64,000 bases of DNA from an uncultured delta proteobacterium (lineage in GTDB: Bacteria; Myxococcota; Kuafuiibacteriia; Kuafuiibacteriales; Kuafuiibacteriaceae): contig CAWDML010000001.1 in NCBI GenBank assembly GCA_963803435.1, positions 1,760,001-1,824,000 on the forward strand, read 5' to 3'. Shown in pieces: positions 1-13,370 of the stretch. Below the pieces are notes generated by a model, which saw only the letters and a program-made list of their open reading frames with translations, made no database searches and was not told the origin of the DNA. The translations under genes and the position numbers were made by a program. Position 1 is the stretch's first letter. Every line of letters starts with the position of its first letter.

Positions 1-411
1 TTCCGGGCGCTCAACGACGAGGTCGATCGATCCACGGGCGACCTCACCGAGCCGGCGGCCCGCTTTCGCGCGATGGGCGCGGGCTACATCCGCTTCGCCG
101 TTTCACACCCGTCCCACTACCAGGCGATGTTCCGTCCCGAGCTCCGCGCGCCCGAGCTCTATCCGGAGCTCGATCGGGTCGCGAACCTGGCGTTCGATCG
201 CTTGCTCCAGGCGATCGGAGCCGTGCGGCCGGAGCTCGGTCCGGAGCAGGTGGGCGCGCTGGCGATCCTCTCCTGGAGCACGGTCCACGGCTTCTCGATG
301 CTCTGGAGCGGCGGAGCCATCACCTTCAAGGTCGGCCTCGATCGACCCGAGCCCCTGATCGATCTGGTCACGGACCACTGCGTCCGGTTGGTCGCCAGCG
401 CAGAGCTCTGA
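1..411 (+). CDS. TetR-family regulator, C-terminal WHG domain (5' partial)
   Basis: Open frame from base 1; YIRFAVSHPSHYQAMF and WSTVHG motifs. Confidence 0.8.
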   Translation, partial: FRALNDEVDRSTGDLTEPAARFRAMGAGYIRFAVSHPSHYQAMFRPELRAPELYPELDRVANLAFDRLLQAIGAVRPELGPEQVGALAILSWSTVHGFSMLWSGGAITFKVGLDRPEPLIDLVTDHCVRLVASAEL

Positions 412-466
412 CCCGACGGCGATTGAGGATGACTCGATCCCGGATCGTTGGCTAACGTGCACGCTG

Positions 467-1630
467 GTGATCTCGAAGAAGCTCGCTCCGTTCGGCACGA
501 CCATCTTCAGTGAGATGACACGGCTCGCCCTCGAGCACGGGGCGATCAATCTGTCGCAAGGCTTTCCGGACTTTGAAGGTCCGCCCGAGATCGTGGAGGC
601 GGCGATCGAGGCGCTGCGCGCGGGCCACAATCAGTACGCTCGCTCGATGGGTGCGCCGCCGCTGGTGGCGGCGATCGCGGGGCATCAGAAGACGTTCTAC
701 GACCTCACCTACGATCCGATGTCCGAGGTCGTCGTGTTCTCCGGCGCCACCGAGGGCCTGATGTCCGCGATGCTCGGGATCCTCGATCCCGGCGACGAGG
801 TCGTGCTGTTCGAGCCCTTCTACGACAGCTATCCGGCCTGCGTGGCGATGGCCGGCGCCGTCCCGCGGTACGTCACGCTGCGCTTCCCCGACTTCGCCCT
901 CGATCCAGACGAGCTGGAGGCGGCGTTCTCCGAGCGGACCAAGCTGGTCGTGCTCAACACGCCGCAGAACCCCACCGGCAAGGTCTTCGAGCGCGACGAG
1001 CTGGAGCTGATCGCGTCGCTCGCTCGCCGCCACGGAGCCTACGTCCTCACCGACGAGGTCTACGAGCACCTGACGTACGACGGCGTCGAGCACGTGCCGA
1101 TGGCGACGCTCCCGGGCATGCGGGAGCGGACGCTCACCATCTCCAGCACCGGCAAGGCGTACTCGTTCACCGGGTGGAAGGTGGGCTGGGCGACCGGGCC
1201 CGCGCCGCTGGTCAAGGCGGCACAGGCGGCGCACCAGTTCGTCACGTTCGCCACCGCCACCCCGCTGCAGTACGCGGTGGCGGCGGCGCTCGAAGGCCAC
1301 GGACGCGCGTTCTTCGCGGCGCAGGCGGCGGCGTTCACCGGGCGGCGCGATCTCCTCCTCGATACGCTCCGCTCGGCCGGCCTTGCCGCCGCCGTTCCCA
1401 AGGGAGCGTACTTCGTGCTGGCGGAGTTCGGGCCCGTCTTCGAGGGGAGCGACCTGGAGTTCGCGCGCCACCTGGTGAGCGAGGTCGGCGTGGCGGCGAT
1501 CCCGCCGAGCTGCTTCTATGCCCGGGCCCCCGAGGAGGGGCGTCGACTGATTCGCTTCGCCTTCTGCAAGCGGCTCGAGACCCTCGAGGCGGCACGGACG
1601 CGGCTCGCCCGGCTGCAGCCCCGTTCGTAG
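467..1630 (+). CDS. PLP-dependent class I/II aminotransferase (YbdL/DapC-like)
   Basis: AINLSQGFPDF, NTPQNPTGK, DEVY and SSTGKAYSFTGWKVGW motifs. Confidence 0.92.
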   Translation: MISKKLAPFGTTIFSEMTRLALEHGAINLSQGFPDFEGPPEIVEAAIEALRAGHNQYARSMGAPPLVAAIAGHQKTFYDLTYDPMSEVVVFSGATEGLMSAMLGILDPGDEVVLFEPFYDSYPACVAMAGAVPRYVTLRFPDFALDPDELEAAFSERTKLVVLNTPQNPTGKVFERDELELIASLARRHGAYVLTDEVYEHLTYDGVEHVPMATLPGMRERTLTISSTGKAYSFTGWKVGWATGPAPLVKAAQAAHQFVTFATATPLQYAVAAALEGHGRAFFAAQAAAFTGRRDLLLDTLRSAGLAAAVPKGAYFVLAEFGPVFEGSDLEFARHLVSEVGVAAIPPSCFYARAPEEGRRLIRFAFCKRLETLEAARTRLARLQPRS

Positions 1631-1757
1631 CCCCGCACGCTACAGCGTCTGGTTTTTTCGTCGGTTTGTCGGATCGATCCGTCGTGTTTTCTGAGGGTGT
1701 ATTCGAGATCCGCGGGCAGCGCTGCATGGATCGGGGATTGCTCGCATTACCGGCGCC

Positions 1758-1982
1758 ATGGCCCGCAATCCGGACGATCTGACCGCTACCAAGATCCGCG
1801 ATCGTCCCATCGACGACCAGGACACCGTCGTCGAGGACGCGCCCGACACGCTCGATGAGGAGTCCCTGAGCGGGCCCTACCAGTACTACCAGAGCAGCCC
1901 GGACCAGGACGACGAGGAGACCCGCCGCATCGTCAAGTCTGCGGTCGCGCTGCTGTTGGGTCAGACGGAGCCGAAGAAGTAG
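1758..1982 (+). CDS. Small acidic hypothetical protein (74 aa)
   Basis: Host-like codon usage; ends 9 nt before the next gene. Confidence 0.6.
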   Translation: MARNPDDLTATKIRDRPIDDQDTVVEDAPDTLDEESLSGPYQYYQSSPDQDDEETRRIVKSAVALLLGQTEPKK

Positions 1983-1991
1983 CCTGGCGGG

Positions 1992-5515
<3,524 letters not shown>

Positions 5516-5534
<19 letters not shown>

Positions 5535-5758
5535 TCCGTGGTCCGTGATCCGTGATCCGTGATCCGTGGTCCGTGGTCCGTGACCGTGACCGTGACCGTG
5601 ACCGTGACCGCCGTAGGAGCGGAGGCCCGATCGTGTCCAGCGGATCGCACCTGCAGCGGTCACCGTCACCGTCACCGTCACCGTCACGGACCACGGATCA
5701 CGGATCACGGATCACGGATCACGGATCACGGATCACGGATCACGGATCACGGATCACG
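5516..5758. repeat. Inverted pair of tandem-repeat arrays forming a long hairpin
   Basis: (TCCGTGR)x9 + (CCGTGA)x4, a ~46-bp core, then (TCACCG)x4 + (YCACGGA)x10. Confidence 0.95.
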
Positions 5759-5787
5759 AAAAAACACGACCCCACCGACCACGCCCC

Positions 5788-7302
5788 TCAATCGCTCAGC
5801 CCAAAAAACCCGCGGATCTTATCCAGGAGGTCCTTCGTCTGGTCCGGGTCCGGCGCCCTCTCCAGAGACTCCATCGCGTTCGCCAGCTCGACCTTCCTCC
5901 GCGTGAGGATCTCGGCGATCTCCTCGGCGACGGCGGGCCGCTCCTTGAGGATCTCCGCGAAACCGTGGCTGTCGAGACGGAAGCACTCGACGTCGGTCTC
6001 CGCGATCACGGTGGCTGAGCGCGGGGCGCCCGTCATCAGGCCCATCTCGCCGAAGAAGTCGAGCGGGCCCAGGCGGCTGATCATCTTGGAGCGCCCGTCC
6101 GGCATCGCCACGTGGACCGAGGCCTCGCCCTCGAGGATCACGTAGAGCCAGTGGGCCTGGGCACCCTGATGCGTCATCGTCTCGCCCTTCGCGAACGGGG
6201 CGAGGCGGCTGTGGCGGGCCAGGTGCAACAGCTCCTCGGGGGAGAGGTGGGCGAACAGCGGGACGCTCGCCAGCATGCGCGTCACGTTCGCCTCGTCCTC
6301 GATGGACTTGCGCTCCTTCCGGCGGGTGGACTCCTTGGTCATGAAGATGGCGTGCGCCGGCATCGAGAGCGGGATGGCGACCCGCTTGAGCGCGAGGTAG
6401 ATGCGCTGGCGGACCACGCTGTCGGTGGGATCGTCGTGGGCGAGGTCGGTGAGCCAGTACCGGATCGCGTAGCGGCAGTAGCTCTCCGAGAGATCCATCA
6501 GCACGCAGTTCGGTTTGGGCTTTAGCGCGACCCCCTGGATGGGTGCCGCGCAGAGCGACTCGACCACGGCCTCGATGACGTCCGACGGCTGGAAGCGGAA
6601 GTCCACGTTGAACCAGATCCAGCGGCGGAGCTGGGTGGGCTCCCCGGAGCGCTTCCCGAGGACCAGCACCTGCTGCTTGGTCAGCACCGAGTTGGGGATC
6701 ACGAGCGTCTCCCAGTTGCGCGTCTCGATGGAGACGTACCGCCAGCGGAGGCTGGTGACCTTCCCCGTGAAGTCGCCGACCTTGATCCAGTCCCCGGTCT
6801 GGATCGAGTCGTCGAGCTGGAGCGCCAGGCCCGAGAAGAGGTTCCCGAGCGTGTCCTGCAGCGCGAAGCCCACCACCGCTGTGAGCACGGCGGAGGTCGC
6901 GATCAGGCTGGAGAGATCGACGTTGTACGAGGAGGCCACCGCGACGGTGACCAGCAACGCCGCCAGGCCGTTGACCAGATCCTGGAGGATCCGCGGCGGG
7001 CTCACGTGCAGCTTGGGGAGAAGGATCGAGAACAGGAGGCCGCCGGCCATGAGGACGGCCGCCACCCCGGCGCTGATCGAAGCCAGCAACGAGAACACGC
7101 CCTGAGCCACGCTGCCGGTGTCGACCAGCAGCGCGGAGACCAGCAGCGCCAGATGCGTGACGACGACGCCCACGAGCAGGAGGCGCCGGCGGCGATCCTG
7201 GGGCGCGAACGCGCGAAGCAGCGGCAGCATCGCGACCAGGGCGATCACCAGGAACAGCGTGAAGGACCGCTGCCCGAGGGAATGGACGTCGAGCCAGCTC
7301 AT
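5788..7302 (-). CDS. MscS mechanosensitive channel with C-terminal cyclic-nucleotide-binding domain
   Basis: TM helices; VGFALQDTLGNLFSG; GDWIKVG; FFGEMGLMTGAPRSATV. Confidence 0.9.
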   Translation of the reverse strand: MSWLDVHSLGQRSFTLFLVIALVAMLPLLRAFAPQDRRRRLLLVGVVVTHLALLVSALLVDTGSVAQGVFSLLASISAGVAAVLMAGGLLFSILLPKLHVSPPRILQDLVNGLAALLVTVAVASSYNVDLSSLIATSAVLTAVVGFALQDTLGNLFSGLALQLDDSIQTGDWIKVGDFTGKVTSLRWRYVSIETRNWETLVIPNSVLTKQQVLVLGKRSGEPTQLRRWIWFNVDFRFQPSDVIEAVVESLCAAPIQGVALKPKPNCVLMDLSESYCRYAIRYWLTDLAHDDPTDSVVRQRIYLALKRVAIPLSMPAHAIFMTKESTRRKERKSIEDEANVTRMLASVPLFAHLSPEELLHLARHSRLAPFAKGETMTHQGAQAHWLYVILEGEASVHVAMPDGRSKMISRLGPLDFFGEMGLMTGAPRSATVIAETDVECFRLDSHGFAEILKERPAVAEEIAEILTRRKVELANAMESLERAPDPDQTKDLLDKIRGFFGLSD

Positions 7303-7460
7303 GCGCCGCTCGGTATCTTGCCCGACCGCCGACGGCGGACAACGCCGCCGCGTCCTCCCATGTCGTCTCGGGTGCGCGGATGTCGCCTCGGAGCGCTCCG
7401 GGTGTCCTTCCGCCTGGACCGATGACCGGGTAGCCTCCGCGCCGTGCGTGTGAGGGAACC

Positions 7461-7512
7461 TTGACTGGTGTCCAGGCGCGAGGCGTAATGGGGCGGTTGA
7501 GATTGATTCTCA
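7461..7512 (+). promoter_or_regulatory. Sigma70-like promoter with an adjacent Fur-box-like palindrome
   Basis: TTGACT-N17-CGTAAT (7461-7489); TGAGATTGATTCTCA (7498-7512) matches 11 of 14 positions of TGATAATnATTATCA; lies upstream of heme-uptake genes. Confidence 0.6.
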
Positions 7513-9572
7513 GTTTCATCTTGATCGCCTCGGTGCCTGCGACGGCCGGCGCGGAGGAGGCGACGGTCTCGACCACCACCACCACGGCCGAGGTGTCCGT
7601 GGCCCCGGTCCCCGAGAAAGCCCCGCCGAAGGCCCAAAAGGACGACGTCGAGGAGCTGGTCATCACCGGCTCCCGCCTCAAGGAGCGGCTCGAGGACACC
7701 ACCGTCACGACCGAGCTGATCAACAACCGCGAGATCGACGAGTCGGGGGCCGAGAACCTGACCGAGCTCCTGGAGGAGCAGCCGGGCGTCGAGCTGGAGC
7801 GCTCCACCCGTGGGACGGGGGTCCGGCTGATGGGCCTCGATCCGGAGCACGTGCTGGTCCTGGTCGATGGCGAGCGGGTCACCGGTCGGATCGGCGGCGC
7901 GATCGATCCCACGCGCTTCACCCTCGAGAACGTCGAGCAGGTCGAGATCGTGAAGGGCGCCGGCTCCGCCATCTACGGCTCGGAGGCGATCGGCGGCGTC
8001 ATCAACATCATCACCAAGGCCCCCCGCAAGCCGCTGGAGGCCAGCGTCCGGGGCACGTACGGCATGTTCAACACGGTCGACGCCGTCGGCAGCGTTGGGG
8101 GGAAGCTCGGCCCGGTCAGCAGCCTCTTCACTGGCGGCTACCACCGCTCCGACGGCTTCACGCTCCAGTCGGAGGACGAGGACACCGTGAACCTCCAGAC
8201 GACCGGTCCGAAGTTCGACGGCTGGGACCTCTCGAACAACACCATCGTCACGTTCGGGCCGCTCTCCCACCTCCGCGCCCGCGCCGAGTATCGCTCGCTC
8301 ACACAGCACGCCAACGATCAGTTCGGGACCACCCGCGTCTCCGAGCGCTCGCAGACGCAGTCCTCGTGGACCGCCGCGTTGTCCCCGGAGATCGGCTTCG
8401 GCGACGCCGGCAACTTCAAGGGCACGCTCTCGCTCTCGCGCTTCATCTTCGACGACACGCAGCAGGCCGGCGGCACGGAGGACCATCTCTTCCAGATGAT
8501 CGGCCAGCTCTCGCTCCAGGTGGACGACGAGGTCCTGGAGAAGAACCTGGTCTCGCTCGGGTTCGAGGGCATCCTGGAGCAGCAGGGCGGTACCAACAGC
8601 TCGCGCGTCCCCGGCACGACCGATCAGACGCAGGTCGACGACTTCTTCACCGGCGGTACCAAGTATCGTGAGCGCGCCGCCATCTTCCTCCAGGACAACT
8701 GGACCCCGGTCGACGACGTCTTCTACATCTCGGTCGTCCCGAGCATCCGCGTCGACGTCGACTCGCAGTTCGGCTCGGTGGCCACGCCGCGGTTCGCGGT
8801 GCGCTACGACCCCATCCCGGAGCTCTCGGCCCGCCTGAGCTACGGGCTCGGCTTCCGCGCACCGACGTTCGAAGAGCTCTACCTCGACTTCATCAACCGC
8901 GGATCCAACTACCTGGTCGAGGGGAACAACGGGCTCGAGCCCGAGCGCTCCCAGGCCTTCAACCTCACCGCCACGGTCAAGCCGTGGGACTGGCTCACCG
9001 CGATCGGCACGTTCTATTACATCAACCTCGACAACCTGATCGACACGCAGAACGTGGGACGGGGCGCCGACGGGCTGACGCACTTTCGCTACCGGAACGT
9101 GGAGTCGGCGCGCTCGACCGGCGCGGAGGCCTCGGTCGATCTCTCGCCGATCCCGGAGCTCGGCTTCGGGCTCGGGTACGTCTTCAACGCCACCCGCGAC
9201 CGCGCGACCGATCTTCCGCTCGACGGCCGCGCGCGCCACAAGGGGACGGTCCGCATCACCTTCCACAGCGACGAATGGGGCCTCTCGGCGACGCTGCGCA
9301 GCCAGATCTACGGGCCGCGGATCTTCTTCCGCGACCTCGATGGCGATGGGGCGCTCGACCGCGTGACCACCAAGACGTACGCGACCATCGACTTCCGCGT
9401 CGAGAAGACCCTCTTCGACTGGTTCGGGCTGTTCGCCGGCTTCGAGAACCTCCTCGACAAGGGCGATCCGCTGTACACGCCGATCACCCCGCGCTCTTTC
9501 TACGGCGGGCTCTCGGCGCGGTTCCAGCTCGACGAAGCGCGCGAACCCAAGACTCCAGGAGGCTCAACTTGA
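7497..9572 (+). CDS. TonB-dependent receptor (HmuR/CirA-like); start could also be ATG 7488
   Basis: Signal peptide; TonB box ELVITGSR; plug motifs VLVLVDG and VEIVKGAGSAIYGSEAIGGVINIITK; GFRAPTFEELY; LEPERS. Confidence 0.92.
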   Translation: MRLILSFILIASVPATAGAEEATVSTTTTTAEVSVAPVPEKAPPKAQKDDVEELVITGSRLKERLEDTTVTTELINNREIDESGAENLTELLEEQPGVELERSTRGTGVRLMGLDPEHVLVLVDGERVTGRIGGAIDPTRFTLENVEQVEIVKGAGSAIYGSEAIGGVINIITKAPRKPLEASVRGTYGMFNTVDAVGSVGGKLGPVSSLFTGGYHRSDGFTLQSEDEDTVNLQTTGPKFDGWDLSNNTIVTFGPLSHLRARAEYRSLTQHANDQFGTTRVSERSQTQSSWTAALSPEIGFGDAGNFKGTLSLSRFIFDDTQQAGGTEDHLFQMIGQLSLQVDDEVLEKNLVSLGFEGILEQQGGTNSSRVPGTTDQTQVDDFFTGGTKYRERAAIFLQDNWTPVDDVFYISVVPSIRVDVDSQFGSVATPRFAVRYDPIPELSARLSYGLGFRAPTFEELYLDFINRGSNYLVEGNNGLEPERSQAFNLTATVKPWDWLTAIGTFYYINLDNLIDTQNVGRGADGLTHFRYRNVESARSTGAEASVDLSPIPELGFGLGYVFNATRDRATDLPLDGRARHKGTVRITFHSDEWGLSATLRSQIYGPRIFFRDLDGDGALDRVTTKTYATIDFRVEKTLFDWFGLFAGFENLLDKGDPLYTPITPRSFYGGLSARFQLDEAREPKTPGGST

Positions 9573-11110
9573 AGACACACGTACTCGCAGGGCTCGGTCT
9601 GGCGCTCCTCCTGACCGGCTGCAGCAAGGACAACACCAGCGACGACACCGACGACGGCATGCCGCCCAAAGAGACCGACTGTGCCGACGAGGTCTTCATC
9701 GACGCCAGCTCGATGGACGTCTGGATCTACTACAATCTCGAGACGCAGAAGGTGGTGACGCCGGCGAACCCGGCCGACTCCACCGAGTGGGACCTGGCCT
9801 TCCAGCGCTTCAAGGTGATGTCGAACGGCGGCTCCAGCGGCACGGGCGGCGTCGAGGTGGCGCAGGTCCTCGCGACCGCCTGCAACGACCTGCTCGACGC
9901 TCCCTCGAACGGCTACCTGATCGACGCCGCCGACGGATCGGACGAGGGCGACGTGCCCGACTACGCGATGAGCTTCGGCCCCTCCTCCGAGACGGGACCG
10001 TGGGGCTACGACCCGATGACGCACCAGCTCTTCGACTCGGGCTCGGTCTTCGTGGTGAAGTCGGTCGAGGGCAACTACTTCAAGCTCGACTTCTTCGAGT
10101 ACTACGGTCCGACGGGCGACTCCGCGCAGCTCACGTTCCGGTTCAACACCGTGAAGGCTCCCGAGGAGGTCCTCCCGCCGGGCGTCATCGAGGTCGAGAG
10201 CTCGCTCCGCGGCTACACGTACCTCGACATCACCGACGGCGTGATCACGCCGGCCGATCCCGACACGTCGACCGAGTGGGACGTGGCGGTGAGCGGGCCG
10301 GCCTGGCGCAGCAACGGCGGGCAGGATCGCGCCGGCATCGGCGGCGTTCGCCGCGCCGACAGCGGCGACTTCGACGCGATCACCACGGCGCCCACCATCG
10401 GCTATCGCATCGACGCCGAGATCCCGTATCCGGGGCCTCCGGGCTCCGGGATGTACGTCGGCAACCCGGTGCTGGTGGACTGGTACGACTACGACATGAC
10501 CACCCACCTGGCCACGCCGAAGCCCGACGTCGTGTTCCTCGTCCGCGGCGGCGACGGCAGCTACGGCAAGCTCCAGCTCCTCGAGTACGACGGCATGTCG
10601 CTGACCTATCGGCTGAAGATCGCGCCCGTCACCAAGACCATCACGACCGAGAGCGCGACGATCGACGCCAGCGACGGTGCCGCCTTCACCTACTTCAGCC
10701 TCCGACTGGGTGAGACCGTCGACGTCGACGATCCGAGCACCAGCATGGACTGGGATCTGGGGCTGAGCCGGACGCGGTTCAAGACCAACGGCGGCACCAG
10801 CGGCCCCGGCAACGGCGCCGCCGTCGGTCCGATCGCCCAGCCGCTCGAACAGATCGTCGATCCCACGACCGCCACGTTCGCCGAGGACGCGATGATCGAC
10901 GATCCCGAGGCGCCGGGGACGCAGTTCTCCGGGAACCCGGCGCTGGCCGGCTGGTTCGCGCTGACCGGCACCTCGACCACACCCAAGGATGTCGCGTACG
11001 TGGTGCGGACGGCGGACGGCGGCTACTCCAAGATGAAGGTCACCGCCTGGGCCGACGGCACCTTCTCGATCAATCACGCCTACGCCGGGGCCGGCGCCTC
11101 GTCGTTCTGA
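9569..11110 (+). CDS. HmuY-family lipoprotein with three tandem HmuY-like domains
   Basis: TTG start overlaps the receptor stop, with a CAGGAGG RBS; lipobox LLTGC; three WD[LV]xxxxxxxx[ST]NGG motifs and xYxKL/M motifs. Confidence 0.85.
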   Translation: MKTHVLAGLGLALLLTGCSKDNTSDDTDDGMPPKETDCADEVFIDASSMDVWIYYNLETQKVVTPANPADSTEWDLAFQRFKVMSNGGSSGTGGVEVAQVLATACNDLLDAPSNGYLIDAADGSDEGDVPDYAMSFGPSSETGPWGYDPMTHQLFDSGSVFVVKSVEGNYFKLDFFEYYGPTGDSAQLTFRFNTVKAPEEVLPPGVIEVESSLRGYTYLDITDGVITPADPDTSTEWDVAVSGPAWRSNGGQDRAGIGGVRRADSGDFDAITTAPTIGYRIDAEIPYPGPPGSGMYVGNPVLVDWYDYDMTTHLATPKPDVVFLVRGGDGSYGKLQLLEYDGMSLTYRLKIAPVTKTITTESATIDASDGAAFTYFSLRLGETVDVDDPSTSMDWDLGLSRTRFKTNGGTSGPGNGAAVGPIAQPLEQIVDPTTATFAEDAMIDDPEAPGTQFSGNPALAGWFALTGTSTTPKDVAYVVRTADGGYSKMKVTAWADGTFSINHAYAGAGASSF

Positions 11111-11113
11111 GCC

Positions 11114-12579
11114 TCACCGCGCGCAGCGGAAGCCGATGTGCGCGTTCGTGAAGTCCTCGAGATAGTCGAGCCGGTGCGTGACCTCGAGCTGCGCCTCGGT
11201 GGCGTGGCCGAACGAGCCTCCGCGGACCACCCTCGCCTTCCCGCCGCTCGGGCCCTTCGGATCGACCGCGTTCTTGTGGAGGTACGCGCGCGCGTCGTAC
11301 CAGTCGCTCACCCACTCCATGACGTTGCCGGCCAATCGGCGGCGCCCTCGCTCGACCGGGAGCCGCGGAGGGCGCCCACCGGCGCGGTATAGGCGTGGCC
11401 GTCGTCGAAGCCGTCGATCGAGAGCCACTGCGGCTCGTCCTTCCGCATGGTGGCGTCCGCGAAGTTGCCGGAGCCTGCGGGCGGAGGCCAGACGTCCCCC
11501 CACACGAAGCGGCGGCCGTCCGTCCCGCGCGCCGCCCGCTCCCACTCGGCCTCGGTGGGCAGGCGCTTCTTCACGAACGCGCAGTACGCCGCCGCCTGCT
11601 TCCAGGAGACGCAGTTGATCGGGTGGAGCTCGAGGCCGGGCACGCCGCCGGTACAGAACCGCTTCTTGGCGGGCTCGTCGCACGCACCCGCTGCAACACA
11701 GCTTGCATACGCCTTGGCGGTCACCTCGGTGCGATCGATCTCGAACGCCGACAGCTGCACCTCGTGCTCCGGGCCGTCCCCCCGCTTCTCCCTCGCGTTC
11801 CCCATCCGGAAGGTCCCCGCCGGGATCGCGATCATCTCCGGCTCGGGGGCAGTGCGCGGGGGCCGGCGCTCGACGACCTCCTTCGGCTCCGCGATCGGAA
11901 GCAGCCGGACGCGGAGCGGGTGATCGCACCCGGGCGTGCGCTGGCCCTTCTTCCGGGCCCGCCGGCAGGTGCTCACGCGGCCCAGGTACTGGAGCGGCGC
12001 CGGGTTACTCTTGGACCGGCTCGGCCGCAGGAACCAGTTGCGCTCGCCGGCCACCGTCGGGGTGGGGCCGGCCACCAGCGACGCGCCCCCGAGCTCGATC
12101 GCGACCACCAGGTGGGTCGCCGAGGCGCAGTCCCCCGAGAGCGTGGCGCGGTCCAGCGACAGCGCCTCGGGGGCCTCGAGCCGCCCGACCACCTCCTCGT
12201 CGACCCGGAGCGCGCCGTACTGGTCGAGGGCGCGGGTGAGGCCGCCGGCGTGCAGCGGCAGGCGCTGGAACAGGTCGAGGCCGTCCTGGATCACCGCGCT
12301 CCGTCAATCGGGCGCAGGCGCGTACACGTAGGTGGCGCCGACCCGGCAGTCGGACTCCACGTCGAGCTCGGCCGAGCAGGCGTCGGTCTGATAGCGGACC
12401 GCGACCACGCCCCGTCCCGCCGCGTCGATGACGGTGTTGCGCAGGTCGGGCGCGATCCCGAGGAGCGCAGGGTCGCCCGGCGGCGGACATTCGGTCGCCG
12501 GAGGCTCGTCGACACCCCGGCCGCCCGCGAAGAGCTGGCACCCGGAGAGCACGACCAGGGCGGTCCACCATCCGCGCAC
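11114..12579 (-). CDS. Formylglycine-generating-enzyme (SUMF1) domain lipoprotein; broken by an in-frame TGA at 12304 and a 1-nt loss near 11335 (probable read errors)
   Basis: Lipobox LSGC; IPAGTFRMG, HPINCVSW, RLPTEAEWERAARG, AGNVMEW, RVVRGGSF and IGFRCAR motifs. Confidence 0.8.
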
Positions 12580-12628
12580 GTCACCCCCGCCTTACCGTTC
12601 CTCCGGTTCGAATGCTAATGGAAGCCTC

Positions 12629-13369
12629 ATGCTCGAGGGACGGATCGCGGTCATCACCGGAGGGACCCGGGGGCTCGGCAGGGCGATCGCCGAGCGCCTC
12701 GCCCGGGAGGGCGCGCTCCCGGCCTTGATCTACCGGAGCGATGCCGAGGCGGCCGATGAGGCCGTGGCGGCGCTCCGCTTGCACGCGCCTCGCACCGAGG
12801 CCTTCCGGTGCGACATCGCCGAGCCCACCGAGGTCGCGAGCGCGATCGACGCCGTCCAGGAGACGCTCGGGCCGGTCGAGATCTTGATCAACAACGCGTT
12901 CCGATCGGGACGTCCGCCGGTCAAGACGCACGACCTTTCGCTCGACGCCTGGGACGAGGATCTCCGCACCAACCTGAGCGGGCAGCTCTACATCACCCGC
13001 GCCTGCCTGCCGTCGATGATCGCGCGCGGCTTCGGGCGGATCGTGTTCATCGGCTCCCTCGCGATGCGCGGCGAGCAGGGCCGCGTCGCCTACTCCGTGG
13101 CGAAGCAGGGGCTCGTGGGACTGTCGAGCACGCTCGCACAGGAGTACGCGAAGCACGGCATCACCAGCAACGTGGTGAGCCCCGGGTTCATCGAGACCGG
13201 ATCGTTCATGCGGCTCTCCGAGGAGATCCGGACGCGCGCGCTCGCGATGGTACCGTCGAAGCGGGCCGGCTCCGCGGAGCACGTGGCCGGGCTGATCGCA
13301 CACCTCGTCGGCAAGGACGGCGGGTACACCACCGGACAGGTGATCGCGGTGGACGGAGGCGCGCGGTAG
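12629..13369 (+). CDS. SDR oxidoreductase, FabG-like
   Basis: TGGTRGLG, NNA, YSVAK, PGFIET and TGQVIAVDGG motifs. Confidence 0.9.
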   Translation: MLEGRIAVITGGTRGLGRAIAERLAREGALPALIYRSDAEAADEAVAALRLHAPRTEAFRCDIAEPTEVASAIDAVQETLGPVEILINNAFRSGRPPVKTHDLSLDAWDEDLRTNLSGQLYITRACLPSMIARGFGRIVFIGSLAMRGEQGRVAYSVAKQGLVGLSSTLAQEYAKHGITSNVVSPGFIETGSFMRLSEEIRTRALAMVPSKRAGSAEHVAGLIAHLVGKDGGYTTGQVIAVDGGAR

Positions 13370-13370
13370 C

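Noticed and set aside
12304-12306. Selenocysteine or readthrough at the in-frame TGA
   Set aside because: Non-catalytic position; better explained by a GATC-to-GATT error
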